From Spirochaetia bacterium (lineage in GTDB: Bacteria > Spirochaetota > Spirochaetia > SZUA-6 > Bin103), in the NCBI GenBank assembly GCA_965203515.1, contig OZ241907.1, forward strand, positions 2,272,001 to 2,336,000: DNA of 64,000 bases, read 5' to 3'. Under the pieces are notes generated by a model that saw only the letters and a program-made list of their open reading frames with translations, was not told where the DNA came from and searched no databases. Positions 8,379 to 18,266 of the stretch are shown here, piece by piece (the stretch's first letter is position 1; every line of letters starts with the position of its first letter). The translations under genes and the position numbers were made by a program.

Positions 8379-11300
8379 CACTGGGCCTCCTCAGGGTTGC
8401 CGAGTCTGCTGCTTGCATCCGACATCAGTTCGTCATAAGTGGCAATCTTGCTCTGTTCGTCACATATTCGTAACTCCAAATTCTTGCGTTCCTTACTGTG
8501 GTCGTCTTTAACGTCTTTAAACGTACTAAGGATAGCTTCCAGCTTCATGAGAATGCCTGGCTCACTTTCATCGCCGAATGCGATTGTCTTCACTACTCTG
8601 GAGACTGACTCCTGCAGCCAGCGTGCGAACTTCTGTCTATCTTGCTCGATCATCTTGTAGCGTCGTTCAGAGCGCACCCAATCGAAAATGTCAAAACCTA
8701 TGCCAACCACCGAGAGAACCGCACCTACCTTTACGAGTTTCGCCGACAGCTTTACCGCGCCCCACGGCCTGAATTTTGCGCCAAAAAACTTTCCCATTTG
8801 ATAGACAACGTTTCGATTTGCTAATCCCATCCATCTTCCGGGCTCCCGGACTACTCTTGCATTTCTCTTGCTGCTCATTCTGAGACCTTCCAGATCAGGA
8901 GCAACGTCACGGTGGTCACCCAATACAGCACGAAATTCCAGTGACTGGGCTGTACGTTCGATCGCTTCGACACATCGCTCCCGCCATGAATTGAGCGTAT
9001 CTGCGGTGGTGCTCATCCACTTCGTCAACTCGACACGTAGCGCTTTATCGTTCCACCACGTTTTCAGACGATCGACGTTGATCTTCAGATTCTCAGGGTC
9101 CTGCGCTGACAGCACTTCATCCGCGAACCCTGCGGCGTGCTCCAAAACCAGACGCTCGAGCTCGGCACGATGCTTGGCTCCCAGACGTGTTCCATCGGCG
9201 ATCGATTCGTCGATCTGTTTCTGAAGTGATGCGAGCGCGGCATCCTGCTTCTTGAGCTTTGCGACTACCGAACGTTTGACAGTCTTTAGGTCCGCCAGTC
9301 GAGCCAGACCTCCTCCCAGTATTGATCGGTCACATCCCGATCGAAGCAGCTTTTCTTTGACGCGACGGAAATTAACGAGGAAATATTGAAAGCCATCCCA
9401 ATTTCGATATGGATCGAACGCCGAAGGCGTAACATCGATACTGTCTCCGACGAGGCCGTACGGATCACTTGCCATGCAGAACACCCGATCAGGCGTGACG
9501 GTGACACTTCTTGAACTCAACGCCAAAGACAGCTCCCTCTGCTTGCGCTGTACGAGTTGCCGGAAGGCGTTTGGATCGTCGTCAGGATCGACTCCCAGTT
9601 CATCGGAACGGTTTACGACGAAGAACGTGTGATTCTGTCGTGGTACCATTCCGCGCTCCTTGGACCCTCGGAGTACCGTGGTCATGTATTCATCGTCTCC
9701 GACGATCAGGTTTGGTTGGAAGAGGTACAGTACTGCGGACGCATCCGATAGCGCTCGCAACGCATTCTCGTCGTGTGCCGAGTTGCTGCTCTGGAATCCC
9801 GGGTTGTCGATGAGAGTGATGCCGTCCCAGTCGTATTCACGGGGGGTGTCCATGGTGGGATCCCCGCCAACGTGCATGGTCTCCGGGACCCGTAACCCTG
9901 CATCGATCAATAGCCGTTTGATGAAGCTGGTCTTGCCGGCGCTGTAGTCGCCTACCAAGTGGACACGCGGCTTACCGCTATCCGCTATGGGCTGGAGCTC
10001 TTTCAGACATGCCACGGCGTCCGCGTCCTTCTTACAGCTCTCAAGCGCGATAGTCAACCACGTGCGTCCCGATCTCCGGTCCGGCGCATCGTCCGCTATC
10101 CGGTCAAAGATGTCCCTCATTTCCTTGAAGATACTTTCGAAGATCGTTGGATCGTAGTCCGCGGTGCGACCGGCGTCAGTCGATTCGGACGCGGTCTTGA
10201 GTCCCTCTGGATCGTCGATCCAGTCTTCACCCAGCCAGTGCATCACGGCAGCGTCGGGACGCCCCGGATATGCATCGCGTTCGGTGGTAGTGGCCACCTT
10301 TCGCAAGAGGGACTGAGGCTCGGCCGTTGTGGGAAGGTCGTTGATGAGCGATGCGATGTTCGCTCGTAGATTACGACAATGAGTCTGTACCGTTCGCGAT
10401 GTGAGCGCCGATTCGACCAGGCCGCGCAGGACTTCCCTGGAGGCCGTGAGAGCGTGGGAACGAGCTTGCTTCGACACCTCTTCGGTGACCCGGTCGTATA
10501 CCTCGTGGACGTTCTGCCGTACTTCGGCCAACGCTTCTCGGCGCGCTGCAAGTCGTTGCCGTTCGGCCTTCTCGCGAGCCTTGTGTCCCAGCCAACCGAA
10601 TGCCATCGACGAAACGCCGCCGACCAACATAACGACTCCCGCCGCCGCCGAAAGCCAACCGAACGGATTCCAGAAGTTCGCCAACGCGAAGGCTCCAAGT
10701 GCGCCCGCGACGCCAAGAAGAATGCCGCCACCCTTGAGCCCCCACGCGCTGTGCTTCCAGCCAACCCCCGCCTTGCCCTCTATCCCTATGGTCCGGGAGT
10801 GCAGCACTTGCAGGTCGAGCTGGGTATCGCGGATCGCGAGCTTGACATGTCTTTCGAGAAACTTGGCGCCCTCACGTAAAACAGATTCGGCTTTGTCCCG
10901 CATCTCGTTCTCCGCGAAGGCTGCCTTCCGCACGTCGTCCGCCGATATGTCGACTCTTCGCTCGAACGCGCCGATCACGCACTCCTCAGCCTTCTGCAGT
11001 GACTGCATACGCAGCGCCCCGAGCTCCGTGTCGAGCCGCTGGGCAACGAACTGACGGAACTCTCCTTTGACGGGACCCTGGAACACTCCGCCACGGCTCC
11101 GTTCCAATTCCGCCAGTAGGTCGCGGTTGTCATCATCGCGGAACGGCTGCATCGAGCTGTGATCGTCCGGGCGCGGGTAACCGAGGAGTCTCAGGAGCGG
11201 AGCAACGAGTCTACTCTCGATGGTGTCGGCAGCCTTGGCGGCCTCGAGTTCGCGGGACTCGATAGCCCTGTCGAGCTCTAGGATAACACCGCGCAGATGA

Positions 11301-14068
11301 TCATTCAGGGCGCCAATCCGCAGTTTGACGGCGTGCTCGCGTACCGATCGGACCAACAACCCTTCGAGGGTAGAGTAACCGGACCAGCGTTCGAGTACGT
11401 CGGCGCCGAACGCTTTGCGTTGGTTCGCAAGACTCGGACCATCAGGCCCGTTGAACGGAAGCGCAGCACGCGCGAAGAGCGCTCGCTTCAAACTCAGCGC
11501 AGTTACCGGCACACCGGTCAAGCCGATCTTTGCGAGTTCGTCGCGTATGTTGCCCGCGTGCTCGCGCACGGCGCGAGATAAATTCGCCCGTGCCGAACGC
11601 GCCGTGACCCGCGGCGGCAACCGCCACCGGGGATTCCGTGGGTTGAGCACCGCAATCACGGGCTTTCGGTAGAGGTGAACCCAGGCGGCCAACTTTTCGA
11701 ACTCGCCAGCCTGCTGGCTCTGGCTGTCGAAGCAAACAAGTACGAAGTCCGCGACCTCGACCGCTTCCTGGGCTCGTCTCTCAAGATCCTCTCTGCTCTC
11801 CGTGCGTCCCCATCCGTTGATCCCCGGCGTGTCGTAGAGCCGGCACGAATGCCAGTCCACAGGTTCGACCGCAGTCGTCCAATCGCTCTCACCTTGGGAA
11901 ACGGACGCTCCGTCACTCCCCGTCATAGCTGAGATAAGTGTGCTCTTGCCTACACCAGTGCGACCGAACAGGACGATATTGAAGGTCTTGGATGCCTCCC
12001 ATTGCCGTTCAAGCAGTTTGTTGACTTGGTCAACAAACCGGTCGATCTCCGATATGAGCAGCACACAAGGATCCTTCTTTGACATCGCTTGCTTTGTCGG
12101 ACGGACGGCATCCGCCGTATCCTTGAGAAGATCGGTCAGGCAACCAACCCGACGGGTGACCTTCTTCATCTCATCCCGGCTTCCTTCGACAGCATCTGTT
12201 GCCGCGCGCGCAAGAGCGTCGTACTTGGATGCCTTCTGCTGCGCGTCGCGGTACACCTCTTCGGCGAGCTTCTGGGACGCCTGATTGAGCGCTTCGATCT
12301 TGGCCTTGACCGCGGCGGTATCGTTGCCGTCGACGGCCTGCTTCAAGGCCGCGATCGCGGCGCTGATCTTCTCCTTGTCTTCCGCGCCGACCTTGTCGCC
12401 GAAGTCGTTCAGCGACTTCTCGGTCGCATAGATCAGGCTGTCCGCCTCGTTCCTGGCCTCCGCCGCCTCTCGCGCGTTCTTGTCTTCATCCGCGTGCACC
12501 TCGGCGTCCTTGACCATGCGCTCGATCTCGTCCTCGGACAGGCCCGAAGAGGACTCGATGCGGATCTTCTGCTCCTTGCCGGTATCCAGGTCCTTCGCGG
12601 ATACGTGGACGATCCCGTTGGCATCGATGTCGAAGGCGACCTCGATCTGCGGGACGCCGCGCGGCGCCGCCGGAATGTCGGCCAGATCGAATCGGCCGAG
12701 CGTGCGGTTCTGCGCAGCCATCTCCCGCTCGCCCTGCAGCACGTGGATGGAGACCGCCGTCTGGTTGTCGGCCGGCGTCGGCCGACCAGCCGCAGGTAGC
12801 TCCGGCACTGAGAATATCTGACTCTTGCGGGTGGGGATGTTCGTATTACGCTCGATCAGCCGCGTGGAGACTTGGCCGAGCGTTTCGATGCCGAGCGACA
12901 GCGGGGTGACGTCCATCAGCAGCACGTCCTTGACGTCGCCGCCCAGGATGCCGCCCTGGATCGCCGCGCCGACCGCCACCACCTCGTCGGGGTTGACGCC
13001 GCGGTTCGGGTCCTTGCCGAACAACTCGGCGACCAGTTGCTGCACCGCCGGAATGCGCGTCGAGCCGCCCACCAGGATCACCTGATCGATCTCATTGGCG
13101 CTGACGCCGGCGTCCTTGATCGCCTGCTCGCACGGGCGCCGCGTCTGCTGCACCAGATCATCGATCATCTGCTCGAACTTGGCGCGCGTCAGCGTATACT
13201 GCAGGTGCTTGGGGCCGGAGGAGTCGGCCGTGATGAACGGCAGATTGATCTCCGTGCTCTGCGTCCCCGACAACTCGATCTTGGCTTTCTCCGCCTGCTC
13301 CTTGAGGCGCTGCAACGCCATCCGGTCGTTCGACAGGTCGATGCCGTTGTCGTTCCTGAAGCTGGTGATCAGCCAGTCGATCACCCGCTGATCGAAGTTG
13401 TCGCCGCCCAGGTGGGTATCGCCATTGGTCGACTTCACCTCGAACACGCCGTCGCCCAGCTCCAGGATGGAGATGTCGAAGGTGCCGCCGCCCAGGTCGT
13501 AGACCGCGATCTTCTCCTCGCTGCTGCCTTCCTTGTTGAGACCGTAGGCGAGCGCCGCAGCGGCACCGTCGTTGACGATCCGCTTGACGTCGAGGCCGGC
13601 GATCCGGCCGGCGTCCTTGGTCGCCTGCCGCTGCGAATCGTTGAAGTAGGCCGGCACCGTGATCACCGCCTCGGTCACCGTCTCGCCAAGATAGCTCTCC
13701 GCCGTCTCCTTCATCTTCTGCAGCACGGCGGCGGAGATCTCCGGCGGCGAATACCGGTTGTCGTCGATATGGACCCGCACGTCGTTGCCGCTGTCGGTGA
13801 CCCGGTACGGAACCATCTTGATCTCTTCCGGGACCTCGATAAAGCGGCGGCCCATGAAGCGCTTGATCGAATAGACCGTCCGTTCCGGGTTGGTGACCAT
13901 CTGGTTCTTCGCCGGCTGGCCGACCAGCCGCCCCTTGTCGGTGAACGCGACGATCGACGGCGTGGTGCGCTGCCCCTCCGAGTTCTGCACCACCGTCGGT
14001 TCGCCGCTCTCCATCACCGCGACGCAGGAATTGGTGGTCCCCAGGTCAATGCCGATGATCTTGCCCAT
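8378..14068 (-). CDS. DnaK (Hsp70) - tandem dynamin-like GTPase fusion protein, 1896 aa (DnaK aa 1-614, then LeoBC-like and LeoA-like modules)
   Basis: Uninterrupted ORF. N-terminus GIDLGTTNS...DLGGGTFD...LVGGSTRIP; GTPase 1 [12 protein letters not shown] then a hydrophobic hairpin with NFWNPFGW; GTPase 2 [16 protein letters not shown] then KFRPWGAVK and a hydrophobic segment. Confidence 0.88.
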   Translation of the reverse strand: MGKIIGIDLGTTNSCVAVMESGEPTVVQNSEGQRTTPSIVAFTDKGRLVGQPAKNQMVTNPERTVYSIKRFMGRRFIEVPEEIKMVPYRVTDSGNDVRVHIDDNRYSPPEISAAVLQKMKETAESYLGETVTEAVITVPAYFNDSQRQATKDAGRIAGLDVKRIVNDGAAAALAYGLNKEGSSEEKIAVYDLGGGTFDISILELGDGVFEVKSTNGDTHLGGDNFDQRVIDWLITSFRNDNGIDLSNDRMALQRLKEQAEKAKIELSGTQSTEINLPFITADSSGPKHLQYTLTRAKFEQMIDDLVQQTRRPCEQAIKDAGVSANEIDQVILVGGSTRIPAVQQLVAELFGKDPNRGVNPDEVVAVGAAIQGGILGGDVKDVLLMDVTPLSLGIETLGQVSTRLIERNTNIPTRKSQIFSVPELPAAGRPTPADNQTAVSIHVLQGEREMAAQNRTLGRFDLADIPAAPRGVPQIEVAFDIDANGIVHVSAKDLDTGKEQKIRIESSSGLSEDEIERMVKDAEVHADEDKNAREAAEARNEADSLIYATEKSLNDFGDKVGAEDKEKISAAIAALKQAVDGNDTAAVKAKIEALNQASQKLAEEVYRDAQQKASKYDALARAATDAVEGSRDEMKKVTRRVGCLTDLLKDTADAVRPTKQAMSKKDPCVLLISEIDRFVDQVNKLLERQWEASKTFNIVLFGRTGVGKSTLISAMTGSDGASVSQGESDWTTAVEPVDWHSCRLYDTPGINGWGRTESREDLERRAQEAVEVADFVLVCFDSQSQQAGEFEKLAAWVHLYRKPVIAVLNPRNPRWRLPPRVTARSARANLSRAVREHAGNIRDELAKIGLTGVPVTALSLKRALFARAALPFNGPDGPSLANQRKAFGADVLERWSGYSTLEGLLVRSVREHAVKLRIGALNDHLRGVILELDRAIESRELEAAKAADTIESRLVAPLLRLLGYPRPDDHSSMQPFRDDDNRDLLAELERSRGGVFQGPVKGEFRQFVAQRLDTELGALRMQSLQKAEECVIGAFERRVDISADDVRKAAFAENEMRDKAESVLREGAKFLERHVKLAIRDTQLDLQVLHSRTIGIEGKAGVGWKHSAWGLKGGGILLGVAGALGAFALANFWNPFGWLSAAAGVVMLVGGVSSMAFGWLGHKAREKAERQRLAARREALAEVRQNVHEVYDRVTEEVSKQARSHALTASREVLRGLVESALTSRTVQTHCRNLRANIASLINDLPTTAEPQSLLRKVATTTERDAYPGRPDAAVMHWLGEDWIDDPEGLKTASESTDAGRTADYDPTIFESIFKEMRDIFDRIADDAPDRRSGRTWLTIALESCKKDADAVACLKELQPIADSGKPRVHLVGDYSAGKTSFIKRLLIDAGLRVPETMHVGGDPTMDTPREYDWDGITLIDNPGFQSSNSAHDENALRALSDASAVLYLFQPNLIVGDDEYMTTVLRGSKERGMVPRQNHTFFVVNRSDELGVDPDDDPNAFRQLVQRKQRELSLALSSRSVTVTPDRVFCMASDPYGLVGDSIDVTPSAFDPYRNWDGFQYFLVNFRRVKEKLLRSGCDRSILGGGLARLADLKTVKRSVVAKLKKQDAALASLQKQIDESIADGTRLGAKHRAELERLVLEHAAGFADEVLSAQDPENLKINVDRLKTWWNDKALRVELTKWMSTTADTLNSWRERCVEAIERTAQSLEFRAVLGDHRDVAPDLEGLRMSSKRNARVVREPGRWMGLANRNVVYQMGKFFGAKFRPWGAVKLSAKLVKVGAVLSVVGIGFDIFDWVRSERRYKMIEQDRQKFARWLQESVSRVVKTIAFGDESEPGILMKLEAILSTFKDVKDDHSKERKNLELRICDEQSKIATYDELMSDASSRLGNPEEAQ

Positions 14069-14123
14069 GTTACGTGCCTTCCTTTGTGTCGGCTGGCGCA
14101 TCGCCCGGTGCACACGCCGTATC
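12227..14123 (-). repeat. Direct-repeat copy of dnaK plus grpE 3' end (partner 50018-51884)
   Basis: By-eye alignment: about 23 substitutions and one 30-nt insertion over 1867 bp. Confidence 0.95.
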
Positions 14124-14280
14124 GCCCGGTCTTACCACCGCATTCGCAAGCGAAGCGACCGAGGGGGTAGCGCAACCACCCGAGTACACCTTATTCTGCC
14201 CCTCAACCTGTCCAACCAACCAGGACCACCTCACTTCAACACGCCGATTGAGATTCTTCTCTATCGACGACACGCCGTCA
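14070..14280 (-). pseudogene. grpE-related remnant upstream of the fused dnaK
   Basis: One reading frame contains DGVSSIEK (26 nt identical to 52105-52130), VVRP and [17 protein letters not shown], all collinear with GrpE at 51831-52460. Confidence 0.55.
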
Positions 14281-14345
14281 ACGACCTGTGGCCGGAGTTT
14301 TTTGTACCTGCACGGTCTGGAGCTGGAGACTTCGAGCATGAGGGG

Positions 14346-14373
14346 TTGCGCGGACTCGCGCGGCGCGTATACT
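14346..14373 (+). promoter_or_regulatory. Possible sigma70 promoter of the pan/coa operon
   Basis: TTGCGC-16 nt-TATACT about 145 nt upstream of panB. Confidence 0.45.
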
Positions 14374-14519
14374 CCGGTCACAGAGCAGCCGACCTCACGT
14401 GGAGGCGGCAAGCCCCGGCCGGCCCAGCCGGAGGCGGCGCGCCGGCCGTACCCTGCGGGGACGGCACGGCAGATGCGGCGCGCTCCACACCGGGTCCGCC
14501 TTGGGCGAAGGAGATGCCC

Positions 14520-15401
14520 ATGGAACGGTCACGCTACACGCTGACCGACATCACCCGGCCCGACCGCGAGCCGCTGGTGATGGTCACCGCCTACGACGCG
14601 GCGAGCGCCCGGCTGACCGACGACGCCGGCGTCGACCTGATCCTGGTCGGCGATACCCTGGCGGAGTTCGCCTTGGGCTACGACAGCACCGCGCCGGTCA
14701 CCGTCGACGAGATGCTGCACCACTGCCGGGCGGTCACCCGCACCCGCCCGCGCGCGCTGGTGGTCGGCGACATGCCGCTCGGCTCCTATCAGGTGAGCGC
14801 CGAGGAGGCGGTGCGCAACGCCATCCGCTTCGTCAAGGAGGGCGGCGTCGACGCCGTCAAGCTCGAAGGGGGCGAGGTCCGCGCGCAGACCGCCCGCGCC
14901 ATCGTCGACGCCGGCATCGCGGTCATGGGCCACGTCGGCTTCACGCCGCAGTCCGCGGTCAGCTTTGGATCGCACGTCGTCGCCGGCCGCGACGCCGACG
15001 CCGGGATGCAGCTCTACCGCGACGCGCTCGCCCTGGAGGACGCCGGCTGCTTCTCCATCGTGCTGGAGGCGGTCGCCCGCGCGGTGGCCAGCCGCATCAC
15101 CGCGGAGCTGATGATTCCGACCATCGGCATCGGCGCCGGCGCCGGCTGTTCCGGGCAGGTGCTGGTCTTCCACGAGCTGACCGGCATCCACGCCGGCCCG
15201 TCGCCCCGCTTCGTCCGCCGCTACGGCGAGGCGGGCGCCGAGATCGGCCGGGCGATCGCCGCCTTCGCCCGCGACGTGCGCAGCCGCGCCTATCCCGACA
15301 AGCAGCACGCCTATCTGATGCCGGCCGAGGAGATCGCCCGCTTCGAACACGCGCTGGCGGCGGAACGGCGCGACTCGCGCCTGCGCACGCGGACGGCATG
15401 A
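14520..15401 (+). CDS. panB: 3-methyl-2-oxobutanoate hydroxymethyltransferase
   Basis: MVTAYD, LVGDTL, GDMPLGSY, AVKLEGG, MGHVGFTPQ, IGIGAG, GQVLV; AAGGAG RBS 6 nt before ATG 14520. Confidence 0.95.
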   Translation: MERSRYTLTDITRPDREPLVMVTAYDAASARLTDDAGVDLILVGDTLAEFALGYDSTAPVTVDEMLHHCRAVTRTRPRALVVGDMPLGSYQVSAEEAVRNAIRFVKEGGVDAVKLEGGEVRAQTARAIVDAGIAVMGHVGFTPQSAVSFGSHVVAGRDADAGMQLYRDALALEDAGCFSIVLEAVARAVASRITAELMIPTIGIGAGAGCSGQVLVFHELTGIHAGPSPRFVRRYGEAGAEIGRAIAAFARDVRSRAYPDKQHAYLMPAEEIARFEHALAAERRDSRLRTRTA

Positions 15402-16237
15402 GAGTCGTCGAGCGGATCGACCAGGTGCGGGCGTTCGTGCGCAGCGTCGGGCGGTCGACGGTCGGCCTGGTGGCGACGCTCGGCGGGCTGCACGCCGGGC
15501 ACCGCTCCCTGGTCGATCACGCCCTGGCCGCCGGGGACACCGTGGTGGCGACGCTGTTCCTCAACCCGACGCAGTTCTCCGACGCCGCCGACCTTGCCCG
15601 CTACCCGCGCACGCGCGCTGCCGATCTGGCGCTGTTCCGCGACGCCGGCGCCTCGCTGGTGTTCGCGCCGCCGGTGCGGACGATGTATCCGCCCGGCTGC
15701 GACACGACCGTGGCGCCCGGCCGCGCGGCCGAACGGCTGGAAGGCGCGGCGCGCCCCGGCCACTTCCGCGGGGTCTGCACGGTGGTGGCCAAGCTGCTCA
15801 ACATCGTCACGCCGGCGCGCGCCTACTTCGGGCAGAAGGACGCGCAGCAGGTGGCCGTGATCCGCCGCATGGTCGCCGACCTGGACATGGACGTCGACCT
15901 GGTCGTCTGCCCCACGGTGCGCGACCGCGACGGGCTGGCGCTCAGCTCCCGCAACGCGCTGCTCACCGCCGAGCAGCGCGCCCAGGCAGTCGCGATCCCG
16001 CGGGCGCTGGCGGCCTGCCGCGCGCGCTTTCGCGCCGGCGAGCGCGATGCCGAAACGCTGCGCGCCGTCCTCCGCGACCGCCTGGCCGGCGCGGTCGATC
16101 CGGAGTACGTGAGCGTCGCCGACCCGGAGACGATGACGGAACTCGACACGGTGGCGCGGCCGGCGGTGGCGTCGGTCGCGGCCCGCGTCGGCGCGGTGCG
16201 GCTGATCGACAACGTGCCGCTGGAGCCGGCGGGCTGA
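15398..16237 (+). CDS. panC: Pantoate--beta-alanine ligase
   Basis: GGLHAGH, FLNPTQF, RPGHFRGV, FGQKDAQQ, DGLALSSRN, VRLIDN; ATGA overlap with panB. Confidence 0.95.
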   Translation: MRVVERIDQVRAFVRSVGRSTVGLVATLGGLHAGHRSLVDHALAAGDTVVATLFLNPTQFSDAADLARYPRTRAADLALFRDAGASLVFAPPVRTMYPPGCDTTVAPGRAAERLEGAARPGHFRGVCTVVAKLLNIVTPARAYFGQKDAQQVAVIRRMVADLDMDVDLVVCPTVRDRDGLALSSRNALLTAEQRAQAVAIPRALAACRARFRAGERDAETLRAVLRDRLAGAVDPEYVSVADPETMTELDTVARPAVASVAARVGAVRLIDNVPLEPAG

Positions 16238-17028
16238 TGCTGCTCTGCGTCGACGTCGGCAACACCAACATCGTGCTGGGGACCTTTCCGGACGGCGCCC
16301 CCGAGCACGCGGCCCCCGGCGCCACGTGGCGGCTGTCGACCCGCGCCAACGCGCAGGTCGACGAATACGCCGTACTGCTGCGCCAACTCCTGCAGCTCGA
16401 GCGGCTGTCGGAGGATGCGATCGACGCGGTGGCGATAGCCAGCTCGGTGCCGGCGCTGCAGGGCGTGTTCGCGGCGCTGTGCCGCCGCCGGCTGGGCCTG
16501 GAGCCGCTGGTCGTCGGCGTCGGCGTCAAGACCGGCGTGCGGGTGCGCTACGACAGCCTGCGCGACGTGGGCGCGGATCGCATCGTCGACGCGGCGGCGG
16601 CGTTCGCCGAGCACGGCGGACCGATCTGCGTGGTCGACTTCGGCACCGGCACCACCTTCGACGCGATCGACGCGGACGGCCAGTACCTGGGAGGGGCGAT
16701 CGCGCCCGGCATCGAGATCGCCGCCGACGCGCTGGCGGAACGCGCCGCCAAGCTGGGCCGCATCGAGCTGGCGGCGCCGCCCCGCGCGATCGGCGCCAAC
16801 ACCGCGCATGCGGTGCAGTCCGGGCTGATCTACGGCTACGTCGGGCTGGTGGAGGGGATGGTGGCGCGCTTCCGCGCCGAGCTGGGCGGCTCCCCGTACG
16901 TGCTGGCGACCGGCGGGCTGGCCGATACCATCGCCCCCCTGACCCGCGCGATCGACGCCGTGGATCCGTGGATCACGTTGAAGGGTCTGCGCCTGATCTG
17001 GCAGGCGAACGCGGAGCGCAAGCCGTGA
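16237..17028 (+). CDS. coaX: Type III pantothenate kinase
   Basis: DVGNTN, SSVP, VGADRI, VDFGTGTTFD, GGAIAPG, ATGG. Confidence 0.93.
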   Translation: MLLCVDVGNTNIVLGTFPDGAPEHAAPGATWRLSTRANAQVDEYAVLLRQLLQLERLSEDAIDAVAIASSVPALQGVFAALCRRRLGLEPLVVGVGVKTGVRVRYDSLRDVGADRIVDAAAAFAEHGGPICVVDFGTGTTFDAIDADGQYLGGAIAPGIEIAADALAERAAKLGRIELAAPPRAIGANTAHAVQSGLIYGYVGLVEGMVARFRAELGGSPYVLATGGLADTIAPLTRAIDAVDPWITLKGLRLIWQANAERKP

Positions 17029-18254
17029 GCGCCGGAGCGGACCGGAGCCGGTTCGCCGGCCGATCGGTGCTGGTCTGCGTCACCGGCGGCATCGCCGCGT
17101 ACAAGGCGGCGGCCCTGGTCAGCGAGCTGGTGCAACTAGACCTTCGCGTGCGGGTCGCCATGTCCGCAGGAGCCCTGCGGTTCATCCAGCCGCTCACCTT
17201 TCAGGCGATCACCGGCGAACGGGTGGTCACCGACCTGTTCGATCCCGGCCATGCCGGCGTCCAGCACGTGCAGATGGCGGCGGCGCACGATCTGGTGGTG
17301 GTGGCGCCGGCTTCCGCCAACACCATGGCCCGTCTGGCCGCCGGCGCGGCCGACGACGTGGTGGCCGCCGCCGTGCTGGCCAGCCCCGCGCCGGTGCTGG
17401 TGGCGCCGGCGATGGAGAGCGCGATGTGGGACAAGCCGGCGACGCGGCGCAATGTCGAACGGCTCGCCGCCGACGGGATGACGATCATTCCGCCGGGAAC
17501 CGGCCGGCTGGCATCCGGCGCCCATGGGATCGGGCGCATGGCCGAGCCGGCCCTGATCGCCCGCTACGTCCGCCGCGCGCTTGGAGCCGGCGGCGACCTG
17601 CGCGGCCGCACCGTGCTGGTGACCGCCGGCGGCACGCGCGAGGCGCTCGATCCGGTTCGGACGCTGACCAACCGCTCGTCCGGCCTGATGGGCCGCGCCG
17701 TCGCCGCGGCCGCGCGCGACCGCGGGGCGGCCGTCACCCTGGTGACCACGGCCGCCGCAGAGCCGGAGCCCGGCATCACGCCGGTTCCGGTAGAGAGCGC
17801 GGCCGAGCTGGCGCGCGCCGTCAAACAGGGGCTGCCGAGCTGCGACGCGCTGGTCATGACGGCGGCGGTCGCCGACTTTCGTCCGGCGGCGCCGGCTCCG
17901 GGCAAGATCAAGAAGGCCGGCAGGCCGGCGTTGACGATCGTGCTGGAGCCGACCGAGGACATCCTGGCGGCGCTGGCCGACGGACGGGACGGCTGGCAGC
18001 GCCCGGCGGTGGTGGTGGGATTCGCTGCCGAGACCGAACGGCTGATGGAAGGAGCGCGCCGCAAGCTGGAGGCGAAGCGGCTCGACCTGATCGCCGCCAA
18101 CCGGGTCGGTGCGGACAGCCGGCCGTTCGGCGCCGCACGGGTCGCGCTGACGCTGATCGACCGGGCCGGGACCGCGGAGAGGCTCCCCGACCTGAGCAAG
18201 GAACAGGCCGCGCATCGGCTGCTGGACCGGGTGGCAGCGCTGCTCGAAGCCTGA
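17025..18254 (+). CDS. coaBC: Bifunctional phosphopantothenoylcysteine decarboxylase/synthase
   Basis: TGGIAAYK, APASAN, APAM, TAGGTREALDPVR, NRSSGLMG, AAVADF, VGFAAET; GTGA overlap with coaX. Confidence 0.94.
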   Translation: MSAGADRSRFAGRSVLVCVTGGIAAYKAAALVSELVQLDLRVRVAMSAGALRFIQPLTFQAITGERVVTDLFDPGHAGVQHVQMAAAHDLVVVAPASANTMARLAAGAADDVVAAAVLASPAPVLVAPAMESAMWDKPATRRNVERLAADGMTIIPPGTGRLASGAHGIGRMAEPALIARYVRRALGAGGDLRGRTVLVTAGGTREALDPVRTLTNRSSGLMGRAVAAAARDRGAAVTLVTTAAAEPEPGITPVPVESAAELARAVKQGLPSCDALVMTAAVADFRPAAPAPGKIKKAGRPALTIVLEPTEDILAALADGRDGWQRPAVVVGFAAETERLMEGARRKLEAKRLDLIAANRVGADSRPFGAARVALTLIDRAGTAERLPDLSKEQAAHRLLDRVAALLEA

Positions 18255-18266
18255 GTCCGGGCGGCG

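Noticed and set aside
11987..12234. 11-bp repeat cttggatgcct at 11987 and at the dnaK junction (12224) as an att or target site
   Set aside because: Short, both copies encode A-S-K in frame, and no integrase is nearby; chance cannot be excluded.
12227..14123. Second dnaK as a pure assembly duplicate
   Set aside because: It has its own synonymous SNPs, a 5-nt block change, an in-frame 30-nt insertion and an in-frame junction; an artefact would be expected to be identical. Read-level confirmation is still needed.
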